This document shows positions 50,172 through 62,124 of a DNA stretch of 64,000 nucleotides, in pieces. Both the position numbers and the translations under genes were made by a program. The notes under the pieces are model-generated. The model saw only the letters and a list, made by a program, of their open reading frames with translations. It was not told where the DNA came from and made no database searches. Position 1 is the stretch's first letter; each line of letters begins with the position of its first letter. Source of the stretch: Neodothiora populina (Eukaryota); contig NW_027191405.1 of assembly GCF_041146345.1 (NCBI RefSeq), forward strand, positions 1,116,001 to 1,180,000, read 5' to 3'.

Positions 50172-52506
50172 ATGGACGCCAGAACACGATCGCAGTATCT
50201 TGCTGATGATCCCCCCACTATTGTCTGCCTAACAATCAAGGATCATTTCGAGGCCTTGAATGAACAAGAAAAGAAGTATAGCGCTGCCATCTCGAAAGCC
50301 TGTTTCGCCGGTACCAGAGTCGTCCTCAGGAGTATCTCGCCGGAATCTGAGGATCTCTATGATTTCATCATTGCTCTTCATAAGTCATGCGGTGGTAAGC
50401 CGAGCACGCGAAGGAAGTGTGACTTTCAAATGCTGAATGGTACTCCAGGCGACTATACAAAGGTAAAGGCTAGCACGGGTCTGTCTGATCATGACATGAA
50501 GGACTATCTCAGTTACGCCTCTCAGTTTCTTGGTAATGCCGGTAAGTAACCATTGTCAAGAACAAGTCCAAGAAGTGTTACTCAACATCATCCTAGGCAA
50601 CTACAAAAGTTTCGGAGATTCCAAGTTCATACCAAGGATTGATGCCACGAAGTTTACTAAGCTGGCCAAATTCTCGCCCGAAGCGGCGAAAATCCACGAG
50701 CAGTTCAAAGATGCGCTTTATGAGACGAGTAAGGCGGGACTGATGCACCTTGGCTACCCTCCTACTCATCTGACCAACTACTACCCTGATTCTCCGGACA
50801 TCACCAAGGAAGAAATCGAGGCCGTATCCGAGTTTCTCAAGGAAAAGAAGGTCCTTCCTGAGAATACACGACTGCGAAAGTTGGCCTCGGGAGACTATGA
50901 GCTGCTCATATCATCTGCACAGAACGATCCAGCTAAGGCTAACAGAGATGCTGAAGAAAGCTCGTTTGTTCTCGAGTCTGGTCCTGTCAAAGGAAAGAAG
51001 CTCAGCCTTCGATTCGGCGACCATGCTAAGGAGATGTCCACGATTGTGACTGCTCTCAAGGAAGCCAAAGAGAACTCTGCGAACGACCACCAGCGCTCAA
51101 TGCACGAGGAGTATGTGAAGTCATTCGAAAGTGGCTCCATGGCAGCACACGTTCAATCCCAGAGGCACTGGATCAAGGACAAAGGTCCCATGGTGGAGAG
51201 CAACATTGGATTTATCGAGACCTACCGAGACCCGGCAGGACTGCGTGGTGAATGGGAGGGCTTCGTGGCTATGGTGAACAAAGAGCGAACCCGAACATTC
51301 GGCGAACTGGTCGAATCTGCCCAAAAGCAGATTCCCAAGCTTCCGTGGCCGGCTGAGTTTGAAAAGGATCACTTTATGAGTCCTGACTTTACGTCTTTGG
51401 AGGTGCTCTCATTTGCCGGGAGTGGCATTCCTGTAAGCTATGCAGCGATTCACAATGTCATCTGAACGGCATGCTAATTCTACACAACAGGCTGGCATTA
51501 ACATTCCAAACTACGATTCCATCAGGCAATCCGAGGGTTTCAAGAACGTATCCCTGGGTAATGTTCTCAGTGCGAAGCCGCCTAACGAGAAAGTACCTTT
51601 CATCAAGGACGCCGACTTGGACCTCTACAACAGATACTCGACACAGGCTTTCGAGGTCCAAGTGGGGCTTCATGAGCTTCTTGGCCACGGCTGTGGTAAG
51701 CTTCTGCAGGAGACCGAACCAGGTGTCTACAACTTTGACATCGAAAACCCACCTATGAACCCGATCACGGGAGACAAGATCACATCGTGGTACAAGCCTG
51801 GTGAGACCTGGGGTACCGTTTTCGGAGGACTCGGTCCGTCTTACGAAGAATGCCGTGCCGAATGCGTGGCCATGTCTCTCTGCCCCGATTGGTCGATTCT
51901 CAAGATCTTTGGATTTGGAAACGGTGAAGAGGTATGAAACACCGAGTTCTTTCCCCCAGATAAGTAGCAAACAAGCTAACACATGACCAGGATATCAATG
52001 GCGAAGCCGGCGACATCCTCTATGTCGCCTATCTGTCCATGGCACGCGCCGGCGTCGCCGCCCTACAGTTCTACGACGTGGCTTCCTCCAAATGGGGCCA
52101 GGCCCACTGTCAAGCGCGATACGCGATCCTGCGCATCTTCCTGACCGCAGGCAGCGACGTATGCTCGCTCGACTACGAAAAGGCGGACCTGTCAGATCTC
52201 ACGGTCAAGATCGACCGCTCCAAGATCATCTCGCACTTGAAGCCTAAAGTCGACGAGTTCTTGCAGAAGCTCAACGTCTACAAGGCGACGGCGTCCAACG
52301 AGGGAAAGACTATGTATCAGGACATTACTTCCGTCGACGACTTCTTCGCGTCGAAAGTCAGACCCGCTGTGTTGGCTGCTGCGCAGCCTCGTAAGGTGTT
52401 TGTGCAGGCCAACACTGTTGTCGCGGATGGTAAGGTTGTGTTGAAGGAGTATGAACCAACCGCTGAGGGTATGATCCAGAGTTATGTGGATCGCGACTAT
52501 ATATAA
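50172..52506 (+). CDS. DPP3: Dipeptidyl peptidase III (M49); possible upstream start at 50079
   Basis: HELLGH and EECRAE zinc motifs, GFIETYRDP, GINIPNY, WGQAH. Introns 50395-50448, 50542-50596, 51433-51490, 51932-51990. Confidence 0.95.
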
Positions 52507-52700
52507 ATGTAGATAGTATCTCCTAGAACCAGAAATAGAAAGACGTATGTTGAATGCCAGATTCTCTTAGCAAACAGCAAATGTGATGGCGAACTGAATC
52601 TGCATCGAAAGGATAACAAGACGACGACGCCATCAATGCCGTGTAGTATGCCCACATGTTCTTCGTCAGCGCATGCATTCAGTGAAATAGAATCCTTCCA

Positions 52701-53782
52701 CTATCGGAACCACCAATTCACAGATCCATTCATACCCCTTCCCACGCCCTTGACAGAATGCCACCAGCCCTTGGGAATAAAAAGCCCATCGCCACTCCCA
52801 ACCTCACACTCAAAACAATGCTCCGACCAAGGCGCCGCACCACCACCACCACCACCACCACCGCCATCTTCGCCACTTGCCCCATCCTCCCACACAACCA
52901 TCTCAAGCACCTCCCTCTCCCTGCCCTCCATCATCTCCACTCCCCGCATAGTAGCCGTCGCACTCCCACCCACAACCCCCTGCACATAATGAAACACCGC
53001 GGCGCCGACCTCAGGTCTGAACAAGCGCATGCGCTTCGTGCCGCACAACTGCACGAACAGATTCGGGTTCGGGTCGCGGTGCAGAGGCGTGTAGGTCGGG
53101 GCGTGGCCGAGCCAGATGCTCGAGGCGTAGAGGTCGCCTTTTCCGGCGCTGAGGACTAGGGGCGGGGTTGGGATGTCGCTGGACATGGACGGGGGCAGGT
53201 CGCTTATGGAGGCTTGGGCTAGGTACATGCGGGTTTCGGAACTTTGATTCAGGCTTTCCGAGGCACTGTTTGCGTGTTGGTTTGGGGGAGTGGGATTTGA
53301 GTCTTGATTCGAGATGCGGTATGGAAAGTGTTTGTTCATCTAGGGACGGGGGAAGGGGCTTGTCTTTCTTTTCTTTTCTTCTCTTGTGCTGAAGCTGGGG
53401 AGAAAGAGAAGTGATTTACTGACTCGAGGAAGAACTGGAGGGGTTGATGGAGCTGGCTGAAACCCTGTCCGTCTGTCACCTCTATGGGCAACACCACATC
53501 TCCATACTTTGATAAATATTCGACATTAAGACGGGCATTTGAGGAGTCTTTGGAGGAACGCGAGAACCATTTCGTTATGGCTGGCATACCCGAGAAAGAT
53601 CCCCGAGGTAAGAGGGCTGGAAGCTCCGGTTTAAAGGCATGGCTGCGGAATGTCTCCAGAGAATCGTCGGGGAGGATAGATATATTCTTTGGTGTTGTCG
53701 CCACTGAGGATGTTCTCCTGATGGTTTTATATGTAACACTACGGGTGCTCCATTGTGCGATTTTCAGCGTGCACAAGCGCAT
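52701..53782 (-). CDS. JmjC/cupin-8 family 2-oxoglutarate-Fe(II) oxygenase, possibly mitochondrial
   Basis: YLAQ, IWLG..TYTPLHRDPNPNLFVQLCGTK, GDGLFIPKGWWHSV, SVNWWFR. One intron starting near 53420; exact boundaries are ambiguous. Confidence 0.85.
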
Positions 53783-54070
53783 TACAACACCAAGGACCAA
53801 TTTAACCAGTCACTCTGCTAGTAGGGTCACAAAAGTAAAGGCCTGCATATGACGACTGTGGTGTTGATGAAGGAAGGAGAACCTGAATGATCGATGATTG
53901 CCGAATGCGATAGATGACCCTGTCCACACAGCACCAAGCATCCGTGCGTCGTTCTCCGCATAAAGCGTAAATAGTTGCGCAAGTCCGGCAGACAAATGAG
54001 AGTAAATATATTTATACTCAAGTCTTTTCTATCGTTAATCCATAGAACAAGCAAGGAAACATCGATTAGG

Positions 54071-55013
54071 ATGGTTCTGTACTTTACCAGCAATGTGGTG
54101 ACGCCTTCGGCGTACATCTACATGGGAAGAGACAAAGTTGAGAGTCAGCAATTCCAGATTTCAAGCGCGAAGCATTGCGACATGTACTGACTGGATTAGA
54201 GACGAGGACCTGATCAAGCATGGATGGGAAGAAGATGTCTGGTAGGTGTGACTGTAGTCAGTCTAGTAGACACCTAGAGCATAATTACTTACATGCTATA
54301 TCGAACAGGGTACGAAGTGTAAATGCGCATCGAATCGAGCTATGAATGCTCATGCGCCAAACAGTTTCACGTCGACAACCTGTCCAGTGCGCACGTCTAC
54401 GTTCGACTCCCAGAGGGTGACAGCTGGGACGACATTCCCAAGCCACTTTTGACCGACTGCGCTCAGTTGACAAAGGCCAACTCTATCGAGGGTATTTCTA
54501 TACATGCAGAGTGTCATCGCTGAGCCATCATAAACGCTGAGACGGTGACCAGGAAACAAAAAGGACAATGTCACGGTCATCTACACGCCATGGTCCAATC
54601 TCAAAAAGGACGGCAGCATGGCTACGGGTCAAGTCGGCTTCAAGGACAACAAGAAAGTCAAGAGAGTCTACGTCGAGAAGAGGGAAAACGCCATCATCAA
54701 TCGACTGAACAAGACCAAGGCTGAGAAGTTCCCCGACCTTGCAGAGGAGAAACAGAACAGAGAGAAGGAATTGAGGAAGAAGGATCGATCGCTGCTGAAT
54801 GCCAGGGTGAGTAGAGACTTTGTGGTGTGCGAGCAAAGGAAGATGGCTGACTACTCTCTACACCAGGCCAAGGAGGAGGCTCGCATCGCAAAGGAGAGAA
54901 AGCAACTCGCCTACGATCGGGAACACAGATATGATTACATGCACGACGAGGAGACTCTGCAAAGCTCGAGCAACCAGGACCGGGATCCAGACTTCCTGGA
55001 CGATTTCTTCTAA
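54071..55013 (+). CDS. CCDC25: CCDC25/Jlp2-like NFACT-R domain protein
   Basis: [68 protein letters not shown]. Exons 54071-54143, 54202-54241, 54309 (1 nt), 54365-54491, 54553-54806, 54867-55013. Confidence 0.9.
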
Positions 55014-55407
55014 CGTAATTTGCTGTGGTAGTCTGTCATACTAAAGCCAGCGTTGATATAGACAACGCTTGAAACATAGCTGGACTGAACGAAGCCCTAG
55101 GTCATTCACCGATGTTAGTCGCTGCACACAAACTTGTCTCTTGATGCTCGTAGCAATAAAGCAATTGCCATGATTAATGATACATATTGTTATCAGAGTA
55201 GATGACCCCGGATCTACTTGTACCACATTAAACCCCGCCTCGGCGGGCTAAAGACCGATAGCCCCAGCGGCGTCTCTGCTTCTGCTGCTGCAGCTTCTCC
55301 AAGTGGCACGTCATTCCTGCTGTAATTAGTGTATATTATTATTGTTTTGCCTGCGTGTAATGTGATTTCCGAACCAACGATAATCGAAACAGAACCAGGA
55401 CAGGATA

Positions 55408-56416
55408 ATGGCATCAGAGGACAAGTTTGCGATACATGCGGCGTGTCGTGACGGACAGAGTGAGTAGCATATCTTCATATATCATATATTGCCCTACCAC
55501 GCTGATTACCTCAAATGGCTGACTGACACAATTGCATGTGCACTACAGCGAATCTCGTCGAAGCTCTGTTGAATGTACATTTCTCACCCATGCCTACCCT
55601 GAGTTTTGAACCAGCAAACGATGACCGAGATGTTAACTCTTACTCCCACAGGCGAATCTCAAGCTCTCAAGTCGCCGCGACGATGACGACCGGCTTCCGA
55701 TACACTGGGCAGCTTCGTACAACCGCCTACCCATCGTCGAAATGCTCACGGAACGAAAAGACTCCGACGTGGACGCTCAAGTAAAGCACACCCTATCAAG
55801 AAAAGGCCTGGGCCAAACGAAGGACAAACTAACAAAACACGCACAGGACGGCGCAGGCTGGACCTGCCTGATGATCTCGAGCTCTCTAAAAGACGGCGAC
55901 AGCCTGGTGGACCTGCTGCTCTCCAAATCCGCCGACCCCTCCATGACGACGCACCAAGGACAAACAGCACTGCACTTTGCCGCGAGCAAAAACAACCTCG
56001 ACACAGCCAAGAAGCTCATTGCGCACAAGGCGTCGGCCAGAGTCAAGGACAAGCGGGGCCAGCTGCCTCTGCATCGCGCTGCTGCGGTCGGGAATGTGCC
56101 TATGGTGAAGTTGTTCCTGGAGAGTAAGAGTCCGGTGAATGCTACGGATGTGGATGGCTGTACGGCGCTGCACCATGCCGTTGCCGAGGGCCATGGTGAT
56201 GCCGCGCTTGTCTTGCTCAAGGCCGGCGCCGAGACGGACAAGAGGGATCGCAGTGGTGCGTTGCCGCTGGATCTGGCGCCGGATGCGAAGGTGAGTGTTT
56301 TGGGAGGCTTGTCTTGCTAGTCTGTATGCGAGGCTGAACTGTTGCTGACTATGAGAACGACACAGGTCAGTGGATACATCAAACGCGCGGCCGAGGAAGA
56401 AGGCATCGAGATATGA
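55408..56416 (+). CDS. NAS6: Proteasome assembly chaperone Nas6/gankyrin (ankyrin repeats)
   Basis: Ankyrin repeats RLPIHWAAS, GWTCLMIS, GQTALHFAASK, GQLPLHRAAA, GCTALHHA. Introns 55460-55548, 55575-55651, 55781-55846, 56291-56365. Confidence 0.85.
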
Positions 56417-56690
56417 TGGCCTGTCTCTGAACGTGTTGTGCGGGCCCAGACGAGAGCATCTGCTACGAACATATCAACGGCGTTGCACAGAGAAGTGCAA
56501 CCACACATCGAAGTCTTCCGAAATTGGTGCATAAGTATTCAATTCTTCTTGTCGTATACTTTCCTTCGTACTCGTACTTTCTTAGGGTCAGATTTATTGG
56601 CTAAGCTTCTGGAGGGGCCGAAAAAGGCATTATTTTGTAACATCAACGAAGATGATCAAAACTCATCTAATCAATTCACTTCACTTCACT

Positions 56691-59228
56691 TCACTTCAAG
56701 CTCCTGTCAGCAAGCTCGCGGTATATCTTCTTCAACTCGGCGACATCGCCCCTCAGTTCATCCACTTCCTCCTCCTTCTCGCCCAGCATATCCAAACAAG
56801 CCTCATACCTCTTGGTCACCATAGCCAGCTGCTCCTCGAGCTTACTCGCCTTGTCCTCGACTTGTTTCTTGGCGTCAGCCTCGCGCATCAGCGCCACGAC
56901 TTCGTTCCTCGACTCGTCGCGCTGAGACGTGAGCCGCGCGAGCTCGTCTTTGTGCGCTGCTTTCTCCGACTCGAGACGGCGGATCGACGATGACATGCGT
57001 TCCACGAGCTGCACGCTGGGCCCCGTGTGCACTGTTGAGGCGCTCAGCACGTCGTTCATTGTCCGCTGGGGACTCGATCGAGAGTCGAAGCCGCCGTCGT
57101 CGTCGTCGTCTGCTGTGCCTGTGGCGTTGATGGATGGGGTCGGCGGTAGGCCGGTGTTCGCGCCGTTTAGTTGTGCAAGTGAGAATCCGGAGGACTGTCT
57201 GCTGATGCCGGGACTGCTTGATGGGGGCATCACTAGCGCGGAGGGACGGCGCGAAGCAGGGTATTGATTCTGGTCGTACGAGGACACTCTGTACATGCCG
57301 CGTCTCGAGGAGGGGAGATTCAGTGTGTCTTGCGCAGACGACTTGCGAGCTAGATTCGTGGGAGACTGTGTGCGTGACGCCGAGAGACTTCCGGTGTCGG
57401 TGTTGATGCCTAGCCCGGGCGCTTGCCGTGCTTGTCGAAGTTTCTCCTCGTCTACTTTCTGCTGAAACTCCGACTCGAGGACGACGCGCTGGCGGTCGAA
57501 ATCCGTCTTTGCTTCCGACAGCGCCTGCTCGGCCGCCGCGAGCCGTTTCTCAAGTGCTTTGACCGCGCTGGTCTGGCTCGTGACTTGTCGAGCGAGCGAT
57601 TGCGACTCCTCGCTCACTTGCTCCAGCTCCTCCTCGGCGCGCTTGTACTTGCCGCTCATGTCTCGCGCTTTCTTGCGCATTTCTGCTTCGCGTCTGACGA
57701 ACTCATCGCGCTCCTTTTCGATTGAGGCGATTCTGCCGTTCAGCGACGCTTCTATCGTCCGCCAGTTCTCGGCCGCCAGGGAGTACTGCGTCTGGGATGT
57801 CTCGAGTTGTCGAAGGAGTTTTGCCTGTGAGTCGCTTGCGACGTCTGTAGTGGCTTCTTCGGCTCTGCTCCGTAACGCCTCGACGCGGCTCTCCATGTTG
57901 CTCACTTCGGCCATCAGCTCAGTCTCTCGCAGCGCGTGCTTTTCCTTCTGCTGTGCCATTTGCGCCGAGAGTTGTTTTGCTTCCGCCTCCAGTCTCTCCT
58001 CGGTCGCTTTCTTTTCGTTTCTTAGGTTGAGCAATAGTTCTTGTAGCTCGGAGACTTTGGTCGTGTCTACTTGTGAAATTTTGGCTTTCGCTGCGCTTTC
58101 GGCTTCGTCGGCGCGCTTTTCTGCGTCACTGAGTTGCTTGCGCAAGACATTGACGCTGGCTTTGCTACTTTCAAGCTCTTGCCGCGCCGTCTCGAGATCT
58201 TTTTCCACTTTTGTTAATCGTTTCAAGCGGTCATTCGCCATTGCTTCGTTTTCCTCTGCTCTCTGTAGCTGCTCTTTCAGATGCGCCTCGCTCTGCTCTA
58301 GCTTCGAGAGGCGCTTCTGTAGAGCAGAAGTCGCAGCTTCTTCCTCGGCAACCTTGACACGGAACTTTTTTATGATGGCTAGCTGTCGCATCTCTGTCTT
58401 GCTCAGTTTGTTGCCCTCTTCCATGAGCTGTGCGATCCGCTGGTCCTTTTCCGCAATCTTTTGCTCGAGAGAAGCTGGTCGAGCGCTGGCGTTGGCCTCT
58501 CTCGCAGCCGCTACGGTTTCTCTTGCGAGATACTGTAGTTTGGCCTGCAGTGCATCTATGCGCTCGAGATGTGCGTGCATCTCTTCGTCTCTTTCCGTGT
58601 CGAGGTCGGGTGTGATCTCGGCGGGTTCTAGGGGATCGGATTCGTCGGTCAGGGGTAATGTAGAAGCCGGCACTTCGCCATTGGTCTCAATGCTTGGAGC
58701 AGCACCTTTCTGAGTCTCGTCGAGCAGAGGCGAACTGGGCGCATCATGCGAGAGACGTGCAGGATTAATTGGAAGGCCAGAGGTCAAAAGGGTCTCGCTG
58801 GGATCTCTGGGCTCTGCTTCTGCCACAGCAGCGTCCACGCTGCTTGCTGTCTTCTCTGGACCAACGGCAGACTGCTGCTTGATCTCAACTGAGCGCCTCG
58901 AGTCGGCACTTCCCCGTACACCGAGTGTATCATTCAAGGGCGTGCCGGTGCGTGAGGGTGGCTCTGAGGAGGGCTGACTCGAGGGTTTCGCGACCGCCTT
59001 AGCCAGGCGCTCTTTGAGTCGAGCATTAGCTGGGGTCGATGTGCCCGAGGCAGGCTGCGACTGTTGTTGCTGCTGCTGTTGGCCGTCTCGCGCCAGAGCT
59101 CTCTCCTTGGCTGCGCGCTCCTCCTCTTCGGCGAAGATGTTATCCAGGCGGGACTCGAGGCCAGCGACGGCGCCAGAGAGGAGGGAGCCCCATCGAGAGC
59201 CTTTGGGTTTGGCCTGGTTCGAGGCCAT
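56691..59228 (-). CDS. SGM1: Golgin Sgm1/TMF1-like coiled-coil protein
   Basis: KDQRIAQLMEEGNKLSK, long coiled coil, and C-terminal GPSVQLVERMSSSIRRLESE...MLGEKEEEVDELRGDVAELKKIYR (TMF domain). Confidence 0.9.
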   Translation of the reverse strand: MASNQAKPKGSRWGSLLSGAVAGLESRLDNIFAEEEERAAKERALARDGQQQQQQQSQPASGTSTPANARLKERLAKAVAKPSSQPSSEPPSRTGTPLNDTLGVRGSADSRRSVEIKQQSAVGPEKTASSVDAAVAEAEPRDPSETLLTSGLPINPARLSHDAPSSPLLDETQKGAAPSIETNGEVPASTLPLTDESDPLEPAEITPDLDTERDEEMHAHLERIDALQAKLQYLARETVAAAREANASARPASLEQKIAEKDQRIAQLMEEGNKLSKTEMRQLAIIKKFRVKVAEEEAATSALQKRLSKLEQSEAHLKEQLQRAEENEAMANDRLKRLTKVEKDLETARQELESSKASVNVLRKQLSDAEKRADEAESAAKAKISQVDTTKVSELQELLLNLRNEKKATEERLEAEAKQLSAQMAQQKEKHALRETELMAEVSNMESRVEALRSRAEEATTDVASDSQAKLLRQLETSQTQYSLAAENWRTIEASLNGRIASIEKERDEFVRREAEMRKKARDMSGKYKRAEEELEQVSEESQSLARQVTSQTSAVKALEKRLAAAEQALSEAKTDFDRQRVVLESEFQQKVDEEKLRQARQAPGLGINTDTGSLSASRTQSPTNLARKSSAQDTLNLPSSRRGMYRVSSYDQNQYPASRRPSALVMPPSSSPGISRQSSGFSLAQLNGANTGLPPTPSINATGTADDDDDGGFDSRSSPQRTMNDVLSASTVHTGPSVQLVERMSSSIRRLESEKAAHKDELARLTSQRDESRNEVVALMREADAKKQVEDKASKLEEQLAMVTKRYEACLDMLGEKEEEVDELRGDVAELKKIYRELADRSLK

Positions 59229-60141
59229 GTTTGGTGGTTGCCAGAGCCCTATGCCATCGGATGAGGAGATAGGAAGAGCTAGATGTCGTCAGTCGATCTA
59301 GCTTTGCGGAAAGTGTATTGGGGCTCAGTGTATAGCAGCTTCAGTACTTGTGTATTTATGGATCGCAAACAATCATGAGATGAGACGTTGTGGCTTGAGT
59401 ACTGAAACGTACACGTGGTACCAGGCAACAACAGGTTCATTCTTGAGTACATTATTCTGTCGGGCATTCAATTTCTTGTCGCGAAAGATACTACTTGTCT
59501 GTGACATGTCTAATTTTAAGATATCTTATCTGTGCAGTCTGCTTGCCAACTATATCTAGCGGCTGTTGCAGCAGTAGTATCAAGTAGTGAACCTGCCGTG
59601 CTCTTGTAGCTCCAATTAATGGTGCCGCATAAAGAAGCACAGTGAAGGTGCCTCGGTTGCCTGCGAAACAGTGGTGGTCTAGATTCTCAGCAAAGTCAAT
59701 AATGTCACAATCGATAAGCCATTGACACTTTTCTAGTCTACTGCAGAGTCCATTCACTTTCTTCGCTGCTCAGCTGTTATGAATAGTTTAAATGATGAAG
59801 TGCAGATAATCTACGAACAGCAGATAAAGAATAGAGGATAGCATATCGCTTCTTCTCATAGAACAAACCTTTCTTGTAAACTGTCAGCGCAACTACGATC
59901 ACGAACAATGCCCTGGGTACGAATATCAAATACGATCCAGTAAACAGAAGATTGGAGAAGAATCCAGTCCATATGTGCAGAACCCACATGGTCAAACCTG
60001 GCAAAGATGAGATGTGCCCCTAGCACAAGGCAGCGTTGTAGTACCATCAAGGTTATTTGATTCAGAGGCAGTGTATCGTTCGTGAGATGATTTCACCTAC
60101 ATGTAGTGAAACCGGTAAAGCACTCGTTTTCTTTTAGGTGT

Positions 60142-60500
60142 TCAAGAAGTTTGACCCCTCCAACTGTAGTCCCTGAGATATCCTAAAAACTTGGTTTCTA
60201 GGCCAGATGATTTGAGCGGATCTTGAGTCAAATACTCCGAGACCACTAATCTGCCTTGCTGAGAGAGCTGGCATTTCCGAAAGTGCTGTAGATATCCCAG
60301 AGCTGAGTAAATTGTGTTCCAGTTATGATATCCGCGCTGCTTGTCTCGTGGTCCAACACGACATGCTTGACATACGACACCCCATTCGAGGGTCTCGGTC
60401 TCTACGTCAAGACTAGGGAACATCCGTGTGAAGTCGACCATTGTCCAGTGGACACTTTTTTCGAAGCAATCCAGATTGAATGGTCATTCGATCCAATTGA
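60142..60500 (-). pseudogene. Probable gene relic resembling the C-terminus of fungal F-box-type proteins
   Basis: EWGVVCQAC...YSALGYLQHFRKC Cys/His pattern, but no continuous upstream coding region could be built; flanks are AT-richer. Confidence 0.4.
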
Positions 60501-61144
60501 GGGCGCGGCCAGGTCAAGAGACGGAACTCATCGCTAGTCAAGTTTGGTAATGAAGCCATGAGTTACAACAGAGGCATGAACGCCACATAGCCCAGAAAAG
60601 TGTCACGTCTATTTGTTATAACTAAGTGGGAGCTAGTAGAGACATTGTGTCAAGAGCTTGCGACAGACTGAGAGGAGCTCTGGACTGCTACCAGTATCAT
60701 GGACGCATAGCGGCTGTGATCAGACCGCGCTGGGTTTTTGATTTCTCGTAGAGTCTGACTAGCTGATCTGCCAACGAGAGTACATTTGTGACCAACAACA
60801 TCCCAATGGAATCTTGAGGTCAGTCGTCACCCATGCGACGAGACGAGACGGAGGCAGAGTCAGACGTGTCGCCGTGGTCCTCGTCGTCACTTACCATGCC
60901 ATCAGAGTTAGAGGGAAAGCAACGAGATTAGCGGCGTTAAGGCCCCACCGATTCGCATTCCCTTATATGTCGCTATACCGCATCTGGCCAAAGTACTTAT
61001 CAACGATAAAGGGTGGATCATCTATGGATACTTTAAATATATATATCTATCGATGCAGTATGGCATGCTTTGTCAACTTTCTAACGCAATCCTATCTTAT
61101 TCCTGACACGCTCTTCAGAAGACTAATCTTGCCAGTCTGACAAT

Positions 61145-62124
61145 ATGGTTCTCGCAGTATGTGTTTTGTATAATGATTGTATTTCTTCCGTTCGCAACTG
61201 ACGCCCCGCATATGCTGTTGGCCAAATATGCTCGACATCGAGTATGGTGGCCAATCTGGCCCAATGCAAGATTGTGATCCAGAAGGCTGTTGCTGCCGGC
61301 GCAAAGGTCTGTTTTACCCACCTTTGTTTCGAATCCCTTCGGCTGATCGGAGTCACTACAGCAAGGCACTCTTCCTACCTGAAGCCAGCGATTACATCAG
61401 TGGTTCCCCAGCCGAGAGCCTTTCACTATGCCAGCCCGTGACATCCTCACCTTTTGTGCTGGGTCTACAGAGCGAGGCTCGTAAGCACCGCTTGCCAATC
61501 CATGTCGGACTCCACGAGCCCTCGGACAACCCAACCAGCAAGAAGATCAAAAACACGCTTGTATGGATCGACGAGAACGGCGTGATAACGAACAGGTACC
61601 AGAAACTGCATCTGTTCGACCTCGACCTCAGCGACCACGGAGGCAACAAGATGAAAGAAAGCGACAGCATCGAGGCCGGCAACGAGATGTCCAAACCCTT
61701 TGACACAGCCCTGGGAAAAGTCGGCTCCCTCATCTGCTTTGACTTGCGGTTCCCGGAAGTCGCTTTGGCGCTCAAGCGTCAAAAGGCAGACATCATCACT
61801 TACCCCTCGGCGTTCACGCCCCCGACAGGTCTCGCGCACTGGCACGTCCTGCTACGCTCTCGCGCGATCGAGACGCAGACCTATGTCCTCGCGAGCGCAC
61901 AGTGTGGAGCGCATAACGAAAAGCGCACGAGTTACGGCCACTCGATCATCATAGATCCCTGGGGCAAGGTCCTCGCCGAGCTGGGCGGCGCCGAAGACAA
62001 GAAGGAAAAGGGCGATGCTTGGGAGCCTGAGATTATCACTGCCGAGGTTGACTTTGAGCTCTTGAAGAAGATCCGCGCGGAGATGCCGCTGTTGAGAAGG
62101 ACGGACGTGTATCCTGAGGTATGA
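61145..62124 (+). CDS. NIT2: Nitrilase-family (Nit1/Nit2-type) deaminated glutathione amidase
   Basis: ALFLPEASDY, YQKLHLFD, ICFDLRFPE (E-K-C triad), RAIETQ, SYGHSIIIDPWG. Introns 61157-61213 (non-canonical end) and 61307-61365; a possible terminal intron at 62119-62181. Confidence 0.88.

Noticed and set aside
57559..58713. 384-aa ORF antisense to SGM1
   Set aside because: Ser/Phe/Leu-rich mirror of Glu/Lys-rich coiled-coil codons.
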